Below, piece after piece: positions 9,977 through 17,207 of a DNA stretch of 64,000 bases. The position numbers were made by a program, and so were the translations under genes. Location of the stretch: NCBI GenBank assembly GCA_016699795.1, contig CP065011.1, forward strand, positions 155,131 to 219,130, written 5' to 3'. This stretch comes from Candidatus Moraniibacteriota bacterium (GTDB taxonomy: Bacteria > Patescibacteriota > Minisyncoccia > Moranbacterales > GCA-2747515). The notes under the pieces are model-generated. The model ran no database searches, was not told the DNA's origin, and worked only from the letters and a program-made list of their open reading frames with translations. Within the stretch, counting starts at the first letter, position 1. Each line of letters begins with the position of its first letter.

Positions 9977-10363
9977 TCATTTTTCATTAGGATTAGAACA
10001 TTCTTCTTTCTGAGAAGATTCCTCTTCCTGACAAAAAAGTACTTCACAATCCTTTTCTTCCATCTCACATTTTATTTCTTCATCGCAAGATTCTACTGAG
10101 TCATCTTCACAAGAAGGAAATGCGTATGCCTTTTTGTTTATAAGTTTATAATATTGAAGTTCTCTACCGTCTTCACTCAAAATACAATTTTCTTCTCCTT
10201 CTTCACATTCATAGACAAAACAACTCTCCAAAGAAGGATCGCATGGCAAATGCATTTGAATAGTATAATCTTTTAAAAGTATATATTTCGTATATGTTGC
10301 GCCCAAAGAAATAGCAACACCCACAAGAAAAACGATGAGAAGTATTTTTGATTTTTTATCCAC
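9977..10363 (-). CDS. membrane-anchored Cys-rich acidic protein, hypothetical
   Basis: 128 aa; N-terminal TM/signal; about 12 Cys and many Glu in the mature part. Confidence 0.4.
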   Translation of the reverse strand: MDKKSKILLIVFLVGVAISLGATYTKYILLKDYTIQMHLPCDPSLESCFVYECEEGEENCILSEDGRELQYYKLINKKAYAFPSCEDDSVESCDEEIKCEMEEKDCEVLFCQEEESSQKEECSNPNEK

Positions 10364-10437
10364 AAGATATAGAGTTACATTTTATATTCTCTCTTTAAGA
10401 TTGTACCACTTTGTATTATTTTTTCAAAAAATTTTCA

Positions 10438-11358
10438 TTATTCTTCATTTTTTTCTCCCGAAGGAAAATCTCCTCTTTTTTTACAAAGGCCATATCCAAT
10501 CATGCTGTAGCATAACTGAGCTGCGACATATTCAGTTCGGACATCATCTTCAAAAGGAGCTATCTCTACAATATCAGCCGATACAACTTCTTTTTTCAGA
10601 AATAAATGTTTTAAAAATTGAGAACAAAATTCCCATGTTAATCCCCCAGGAACGGGAGTTCCTGTGGCTGGCGCAACCGCCGGATCTAATCCATCAATAT
10701 CTAATGTGAGATACACTTTTTCTGTAGGGATAGCATTTACAATATCTTCAACGGAATAATTCATTCCTGTCCCCCACTCAAAAATCAAAGATTTAGATTC
10801 TCTTGCAAAAAGTATTTCGCTCTTTGCATACGTTCGGATCCCTATTTGCACGGTTGGAAAACCCAATTCCACACCCCTTCTCATAACACAAGCGTGTGAA
10901 AATCTCCCAGGATTTACCTCATTAAAAGAAGAATCATCATCATACATATCCAAATGTGCATCGATTTGAACCAAAGATATTTCATTACTTTCTTTGAAAA
11001 AATCAGCTAGCCCTTGGAAAACTCCTATAGAAATAGAATGTTCCCCTCCCAATGTAATGATAAACTTTCCAGAGGAGAAGTGATGAAGCCATCGCTCACG
11101 AACAGTCTGGATCATTTTTTCAGGAAGTTCCGAATGAATAGAAAGAAGAGAATCATCATGAAAAATCGAAAATTCTTTGGCTGTTTCCAGAAGAAGAAAA
11201 CGATCAAATAATTCCACTTTTTCTTCTAAGCAATGAACGATTTTCATGGGTCCTTTATCTTGTCCTTTTCGAAAAGAAGAAGAATAGTCATAAGGAACAC
11301 TTAAAACAACAGCATCACAAGATTTTTCATCAATGACATCCAAAATAGATTCTACCAT
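10438..11358 (-). CDS. speB: agmatinase/arginase-family ureohydrolase
   Basis: 306 aa; Mn-binding motifs GGEHSIS, DAHLDMYDD, LTLDIDGLDP, TPVPGGLT. Confidence 0.8.
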   Translation of the reverse strand: MVESILDVIDEKSCDAVVLSVPYDYSSSFRKGQDKGPMKIVHCLEEKVELFDRFLLLETAKEFSIFHDDSLLSIHSELPEKMIQTVRERWLHHFSSGKFIITLGGEHSISIGVFQGLADFFKESNEISLVQIDAHLDMYDDDSSFNEVNPGRFSHACVMRRGVELGFPTVQIGIRTYAKSEILFARESKSLIFEWGTGMNYSVEDIVNAIPTEKVYLTLDIDGLDPAVAPATGTPVPGGLTWEFCSQFLKHLFLKKEVVSADIVEIAPFEDDVRTEYVAAQLCYSMIGYGLCKKRGDFPSGEKNEE

Positions 11359-11368
11359 AAAAAATCAT

Positions 11369-12424
11369 TTACTCTTTGTCATTATTTATAAATATTTTTC
11401 CCAATTCTTTCTTCTCTCTTTTTTTCCAATCTCCCTGATGATACACATAACTTATCATAAGAGGAAGAACGGATGTTGCTTCAGCATACACCATTTGTGT
11501 ATTTTCAATGGTAACCTTCCCCCACGAATGAGCTTCTTTTAGCGTCGAGCTTGAACAAGCTCCATCTCGAACATCCGCAACTGTTATCTGCACTGCGTAT
11601 TTATGCATCGGGGTATTTTTTTTACCCAACATTTCAGCACACACAACAGTGTCTTGAGTGAAATTTTTGGGAACACCGCCTCCTATCATAAAAACACCTG
11701 TTTGTTTTGCCTGCATTTTTATCTCGGTAAGTTCTCTAAAATCAGCAACGGAATCGATTGAAATATGAATATTTGGCTTTTCAACTTGATTCATAACTAA
11801 GCCAAAACCAGCACTACTGTCGGAAAAAGCAGGGCAAAATATCGGCACATTATTTTCATAAGCAACCTGAACTAAAGAATCTTTTTTCTTGGCCTTCTTA
11901 GGATTTTCAGAGAGAAACTTTCCCATATGATAAATAAATTCTCTCGAAGAATAAGGTCGAGGCTCAAGAGAATCCGCTATTTCTTTGATAGCGTTGTCGC
12001 ACATTTGTAGTTCATTTTCATTTATATACGTATCATATATTCTATCGATATAAAGCGATCGTAATTTGCGGTCATCTGAATCTACTGATCCCTGATAATG
12101 CTTTGCGCCAAGAGCTTCGAAAAAATCCATATCTACTATCGTTGCTCCTGTTGCAACAACAACATCGATCATGTTTGTCTTTATCATGTCTACATAGATT
12201 TGCATACATCCAGCAGCACTTGTACTTCCTGCTATAGTAAGGATATTCACACATTTTTTTTCTTTTATCATGGCAGATAATATATCCGTAGCATGAGCAA
12301 CTTCTCTTGCCGAAAAAGACATTCCTCGCATGGAATCAATAATGTATTGTGAATCAAACTTCTTAATATCGATATGCTGAACAACGTTTGAAAGTAATTC
12401 TTTCTTTTCCTGTGATTTCTTCAT
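11369..12424 (-). CDS. deoxyhypusine synthase-like protein (bacterial DHS homologues are often homospermidine synthases)
   Basis: 351 aa; DHS family features IFCPAFSDSSAGFG, MIGGGVPKNF (cf. GGGxxKH), NAD-binding Gly-rich region TIAGSTSAAG. Confidence 0.75.
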   Translation of the reverse strand: MKKSQEKKELLSNVVQHIDIKKFDSQYIIDSMRGMSFSAREVAHATDILSAMIKEKKCVNILTIAGSTSAAGCMQIYVDMIKTNMIDVVVATGATIVDMDFFEALGAKHYQGSVDSDDRKLRSLYIDRIYDTYINENELQMCDNAIKEIADSLEPRPYSSREFIYHMGKFLSENPKKAKKKDSLVQVAYENNVPIFCPAFSDSSAGFGLVMNQVEKPNIHISIDSVADFRELTEIKMQAKQTGVFMIGGGVPKNFTQDTVVCAEMLGKKNTPMHKYAVQITVADVRDGACSSSTLKEAHSWGKVTIENTQMVYAEATSVLPLMISYVYHQGDWKKREKKELGKIFINNDKE

Positions 12425-12433
12425 ATTTTTGAT

Positions 12434-12871
12434 CTATAATAAATTTTGACTTGGGTATCGAGTTCCTCTTTTAACAAAATTAATTTCCGTTTCTTTCAAT
12501 TGAAATATTTCAGTAATGTGAGAGATGATCAGGTCTGTTTCCATATCATTTTTGCAAGTATAGACATCCGCACTCAAAAATCCTCTTCCAGGAAATGTGT
12601 GTATACTTATATGACTTTCTTCGATCAAAACATATCCACTCCAACCTCCAGGATCCTTTGTATCATTTCCCTTTGCAAAAAAAACTTTCGTCTCCGTAAG
12701 TTTGTGCATTTCACATTTAACCACCAGATCATCTAGACATTTACGAACAGATTCTTCATCGTTTAATTTCTCAAAATTCCCACCATAACCGTCAATCATA
12801 AGATGCTCTCCGAAGTTTATTGTTTCCATATATTTTTCTAAATTATTAATAATTAACTCATCTAGGTTCAT
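12434..12871 (-). CDS. speH: S-adenosylmethionine decarboxylase proenzyme (pyruvoyl-dependent SpeH/class 1b)
   Basis: Start reassigned to the ATG at 12871 (MNLDELIINN...); the tracked ORF begins at an upstream TTG. LIEESHISIHTFPGRG carries the ESH self-cleavage serine motif. Forms an operon with the DHS-like and speB genes (9-10 nt gaps). Confidence 0.75.
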   Translation of the reverse strand: MNLDELIINNLEKYMETINFGEHLMIDGYGGNFEKLNDEESVRKCLDDLVVKCEMHKLTETKVFFAKGNDTKDPGGWSGYVLIEESHISIHTFPGRGFLSADVYTCKNDMETDLIISHITEIFQLKETEINFVKRGTRYPSQNLL

Positions 12872-12968
12872 TCCTAGGAAAATGCCCCAATAGTTTTGTG
12901 ATTTGCAGTAACGTATCAACTAAGTTATACCTCTATTGTAACACTTTTCTATATAAAGACAAAGGTGA
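12855..12968. repeat. copy 1 of a ~110-bp direct repeat (promoter + leader + first 5 codons of speH)
   Basis: About 93% identical to 23727..23838: aactcatctaggttcattcctaggaaaatgccccaatagttttgtgatttgcagtaacgtatcaactaagttatacctctattgtaacacttttctatataaagacaaaggtgaa. Confidence 0.85.
12935..12962 (-). promoter_or_regulatory. sigma70-like promoter for the speH operon inside repeat copy 1
   Basis: Minus strand reads TTGTCT-16nt-TACAAT, about 65 nt upstream of the speH ATG. Confidence 0.5.
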
Positions 12969-13196
12969 ATGTACGAGATGAGTACCTCTTGGACACTTTA
13001 CTATATTTTTTCGTAAACTCTATAGGTGTCATATAGTCAAGAAATTGAAAGATTTATAAAAAATTTCAAATATCGCCTTTTGATATATAATAGGATTAGA
13101 TAAATATTATCCTCACCTACTAAAATAGGAACTTATATATGGAGCCCTTATTAATAAATTATTATCTCCATTTTTGAGCAATAATATTTCAAATTT

Positions 13197-13763
13197 ATGA
13201 TAAAGAATCTTGATAAATCCATTATAATAACAGGCGCCTCGGTTAGTGGAAAAACGACGTTATGTCGTCGTCTCATGGTACATTTTAAGCTTCAGCCACT
13301 ACCTGTACACATGACCCGAGAATTGCGAAACGGCGAAATTGAAAATGTTGATTTGGTTTTTATTGTAGAAGATGAATTTAAAGCGCGTTTTCTAAATGGA
13401 GAATATTTGCAAGAGTCCCTTGAATCGGCATATTTTAGCGGAGCCTATTACGGTTGCCCCAAAGAATGGATTAACCATACTAGAAATGAAGATTATTGTT
13501 GCTTTGTATGTCCAACAGTCAAAATGGCGAAAGAGTTAAAAAAAACACTTGGACAGAAAATTTTTTGGATACATCTGACTACTAATAAAAAAGTTAGATT
13601 AGAGAGGTTAATGAAAAGAAATCCCGATATGAAAAAAGAAGATTTTGATGCAAGAATTGAAAAAGGAGATGCGATTGTTGATACAACAGGACACGATTTA
13701 ATCATAGATACCAGTTATCTTAATGCTTGGGAAATTTTTTTCAACGCATTAGCGAGACTATAA
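13197..13763 (+). CDS. guanylate kinase-like P-loop nucleotide kinase
   Basis: 188 aa; Walker A GASVSGKTTL; MTRELRNGEIENVDLVFIVEDEFKARFLNGEYLQ parallels Gmk TTRxPRxGExxGxDYxFxxxxxFxxxxxxxxFLE, with both substrate-binding Arg kept. Confidence 0.55.
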   Translation: MIKNLDKSIIITGASVSGKTTLCRRLMVHFKLQPLPVHMTRELRNGEIENVDLVFIVEDEFKARFLNGEYLQESLESAYFSGAYYGCPKEWINHTRNEDYCCFVCPTVKMAKELKKTLGQKIFWIHLTTNKKVRLERLMKRNPDMKKEDFDARIEKGDAIVDTTGHDLIIDTSYLNAWEIFFNALARL

Positions 13764-13766
13764 TAT

Positions 13767-15515
13767 ATGTGTGGAATTGTAGCCATTGCTGGAAAAATTA
13801 TAAACAAGAATCACTATGACACTGAAGCTATGCTTCAGAAATTAAAGCATCGCGGACCGGACGGGCAAGGAGAAATAACATTTCCCCATTGCTGGCTTGG
13901 ACATCGACGACTCGCTATCGTTGATTTAAAATTTGGCAATCAACCTATGGTTGATGATAAATTAGCTATAACTTTTAATGGCGAAATATACAACCATCGC
14001 GAATTACGTAATCAATTAGAAAAAGTAGGATATCATTTTCAAACTCAATCTGACACAGAGACAATTTTGAAAGCATATCGAATGTGGGGAAAAGATTGCC
14101 CAAAGTATCTAGATGGAATGTTTGCTTTCGCAATTTGGGATGATCAGCAAAACGAATTATTTATTGCCCGGGACAGATTGGGGAAAAAACCCCATTATTA
14201 TTTTTTTGATGGAGACACAACGTTTCTTGCTTCCGAAATAAAATCATTAGTTGCTTCGGGTACTTTGGTTCCGGAAATAGACTATAAGGCTATCGACAAT
14301 TTTCTAAGGGTGATGTATATTCCGCCATGGAAATCAGTATATAAAAATGTTCATCAAATTCCACCCGCACATTGTGGAGTCTACAAGGATGGGAAACTTT
14401 CACTCGACAAGTACTGGACACTTCCTTCTCGGAAAATCGATATTTCATACGAAGACGCCAAGGTTGAAGTTCGTAGACTTCTTCATGCTGCAATAAAAAA
14501 AAGAATATCCTCTTCCGATGTAGAATTAGGCTCATTTCTCTCCGGCGGACTAGATTCATCATTGGTCACGCTTATTACAGCTGGCGAGCTTAATCACCCG
14601 CTTAAAGTATTTTCTGTCAGTTATGATAATCATGATGAGCTCCCTTTTGCCAAGCAAGTATGCGAAAAAATAGGTGGTGAACATTTTACAACACGCATCG
14701 ATGGGTGCATAACGCAAGAATTGGATAAAATAATCTCCTATTTCGATGAACCGCACGCTGATACATCCGATTTTCCACAACATCTTGTTTCACAACTCGC
14801 GGCACAAAAAGTAAAAGTTGTATTATCCGGAGACGGAGCTGACGAATTATTTTTGGGATATAAGTGGCATCTCAAACATAAAAAACCCAATCAAAACCAT
14901 GGTTCATCAGATATTTTCCGTAATCGCCTTCAATCAATATGCGCATTTCCCTCTTCTGACAGATCACTACTTTGGAAATACCCGGATGCATTAAATGACG
15001 ATATTATCATAAAAGATGCTTATAAAAAAAATTTCACCTCTATTGATAATGTTACAACATTTGATTTAACCTCTCACTTGCCAGGTCAAATTCTCACAAA
15101 AGTGGATCGTGCCAGCATGATGCATGGGCTTGAAGTTCGCTCACCCTTTCTGGATATAGCGTTAATAGAATTTGTTTTTAGTCTACCTTATGAATATAAA
15201 GTTCGTAACGGTGAACAAAAATATATTCTCAAAGATATTCTTACCGAATATATGCCCATCGATTTTGTTTATCGCCGCAAACAAGGGTTTGGAGCTCCAA
15301 TAGAACGATGGTTAAATAACCCCACAATGAAAGAGTATGTATATTCGAAACTAGGTTCTGATGCAAAAATAAGATCCATTTTTTCAGAAAAAATCCTTGA
15401 TAACTATCTGCATGATTTCTATATTAATGAACATAAGCACGAGCGTTCCGCACAGCGACTTTGGGTACTTCTATCCTTAGAACGCTGGATGACACAATTA
15501 AGTTTAACCTTATGA
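13767..15515 (+). CDS. asnB: asparagine synthase (glutamine-hydrolysing) family amidotransferase
   Basis: 582 aa; N-terminal nucleophile MCGIVAIAG, HRGPD, class-II GATase domain; PP-loop SGGLDSS in the synthetase domain. Only 3 nt after the kinase stop. Confidence 0.85.
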   Translation: MCGIVAIAGKIINKNHYDTEAMLQKLKHRGPDGQGEITFPHCWLGHRRLAIVDLKFGNQPMVDDKLAITFNGEIYNHRELRNQLEKVGYHFQTQSDTETILKAYRMWGKDCPKYLDGMFAFAIWDDQQNELFIARDRLGKKPHYYFFDGDTTFLASEIKSLVASGTLVPEIDYKAIDNFLRVMYIPPWKSVYKNVHQIPPAHCGVYKDGKLSLDKYWTLPSRKIDISYEDAKVEVRRLLHAAIKKRISSSDVELGSFLSGGLDSSLVTLITAGELNHPLKVFSVSYDNHDELPFAKQVCEKIGGEHFTTRIDGCITQELDKIISYFDEPHADTSDFPQHLVSQLAAQKVKVVLSGDGADELFLGYKWHLKHKKPNQNHGSSDIFRNRLQSICAFPSSDRSLLWKYPDALNDDIIIKDAYKKNFTSIDNVTTFDLTSHLPGQILTKVDRASMMHGLEVRSPFLDIALIEFVFSLPYEYKVRNGEQKYILKDILTEYMPIDFVYRRKQGFGAPIERWLNNPTMKEYVYSKLGSDAKIRSIFSEKILDNYLHDFYINEHKHERSAQRLWVLLSLERWMTQLSLTL

Positions 15516-17203
15516 ACAATAATAAAAAATCTTCGGCTTTGCTTGATAGTCTCCATACTGACTTTAAAAAAATATATACAACTATGTCAGAAAAAAACTG
15601 GCATGAGCAAATTACTTTTTATCTAAATAAAATAGGATTTTTTTCTGGTAGCCCTGCTAAAGAAAGAATGGTTACCGGCTGGATTGCCGGGCTTTGTGAG
15701 CGTGCATACTATGTTGCGGCGCATAGAAAACCAATAAATATTCGTTCAAACTTTAGCCGTCAACTCAAAAAAATAATAAGCTCCACATCCTTACCTGAGT
15801 TTCTTAGTTGTCCCGGACAAGTCATTTGCGGTAAACGTCAACCCTCATTCATCGAAGGCATTATTCCGACACTTGAACGTCTTCAAGTCATGGAACGCTT
15901 ACCAGAAGTGTTTGGTGCCGGTATAGATTCTATTATTATCGGCGGATCAATGAGTTATATCCCCTTCTTCGGCATACGCGAAAATAAAAAAACTAAGGAT
16001 TTTTCCGATATTGATACGCTTATCGTTATTAATAATAAGTTCTTTAAAAAGGCTTCCTGGAAAAAATTTATAAATGACAAGCTATTTCCCGTTAAAGAGA
16101 AAGAAAAATTTCTTGATCGAATAAAGGTTTTCCAAAAACTCAACCGCAACAATATTGCTGACGTATTCAGCCAAAAATTTTCTATTGTTGGGAAGTCTTT
16201 TATCGTAAGCAATCACTTTGTTACTCGTTCAGTATTCGAAAAAATGGTTTATACTGACTTAAAAAAATCTCTTCAAACAAGAAAGGATATGCAGTACATT
16301 ATGCGCGATTTTCGAATAGATCCCTTTAGGCACCCTTGCCATGCGCGTCATACTTTTGACGGCCAACGTTTTGAATCAGTAATTGCTGGACAGGAATTAG
16401 AATCAGGCGGATTTATTTCTAATATGCCAGGCTATATTATTTCTAATGAAAAGCTTTATCCTGGTGTCTATCAAACTGTAATTTCTCCCGCATTTTTAGT
16501 GTTTTATGATCGCATAGGAGAAACGACAAAATTGGTTAAAGAATTTGAAAATATTATTTACAGAGAGGTTAAATATATACGAAAAAAAACACCGTCAGCA
16601 ACATATGCTAAAGCACATAACCGTTATGATATTTTCCCTCTCGGCAGATATGATGACGGGCATAATTCTTACATTTCACCAAAGGAAATTAAAAAATATA
16701 TACCACCCCCCAACTTTAATATTATTGGAATCAAATCGGTTATCTCACCAGAAGAAGTTATAGCCGATAAAATTAAAGATTCAAAAGAAAATCAGCTCGT
16801 TCGTTATAAAGCAAGACGCTTTCTAGAAAACTGGAAAAGGAAAATGTTAAGAAATGCCGAAATGGAAATTGATAAATTCATTAATCAAGAGAGCCTTAAA
16901 TCACTAATGCTATCATCTAAAGAGCAAGGAAAACAATGGGCTACAGTAGCTGCCATCCCCTACGGCAAACAGATAATCGAAAAAATTCCGCATCCATATA
17001 AAAAATCAGATTCAAAAAACTTAATTGTGCGCGAAGAATTATTTACCCAAATCATAACGCCTGGTGATATTATGCGTTTAACTACATATGAAAAATTAGC
17101 ACAAATATCTGGAAAAGTTTATGTAGCAAGTATTATGGATTCAAAAGAAAAACGCAAAAATTTACCACTAAGCTATGAAGTAGTGATACCGATACCAACA
17201 TAA
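15512..17203 (+). CDS. large nucleotidyltransferase-domain protein (GlnE/GlnD/Pol-beta-like NTase signature), function unknown
   Basis: Start reassigned to the ATG at 15512, which overlaps the asnB stop (ATGA). IIIGGSMSYIPFFGIRE...KDFSDIDTLIVINN matches the hG[GS]...[DE]h[DE]h NTase motif (cf. GlnD vGGYGRgEL..SDIDLLI). About 560 aa; the rest is unassigned. Confidence 0.5.
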   Translation: MNNNKKSSALLDSLHTDFKKIYTTMSEKNWHEQITFYLNKIGFFSGSPAKERMVTGWIAGLCERAYYVAAHRKPINIRSNFSRQLKKIISSTSLPEFLSCPGQVICGKRQPSFIEGIIPTLERLQVMERLPEVFGAGIDSIIIGGSMSYIPFFGIRENKKTKDFSDIDTLIVINNKFFKKASWKKFINDKLFPVKEKEKFLDRIKVFQKLNRNNIADVFSQKFSIVGKSFIVSNHFVTRSVFEKMVYTDLKKSLQTRKDMQYIMRDFRIDPFRHPCHARHTFDGQRFESVIAGQELESGGFISNMPGYIISNEKLYPGVYQTVISPAFLVFYDRIGETTKLVKEFENIIYREVKYIRKKTPSATYAKAHNRYDIFPLGRYDDGHNSYISPKEIKKYIPPPNFNIIGIKSVISPEEVIADKIKDSKENQLVRYKARRFLENWKRKMLRNAEMEIDKFINQESLKSLMLSSKEQGKQWATVAAIPYGKQIIEKIPHPYKKSDSKNLIVREELFTQIITPGDIMRLTTYEKLAQISGKVYVASIMDSKEKRKNLPLSYEVVIPIPT

Positions 17204-17207
17204 CATC

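Noticed and set aside
12872-12968. The shared ~65-nt leader as a known SAM riboswitch (SAM-I/II/V/VI or SAM/SAH)
   Set aside because: I cannot recognise the conserved cores of those classes by eye. Only a generic AUG-sequestering hairpin is evident. It is kept as an unclassified candidate leader in the findings.
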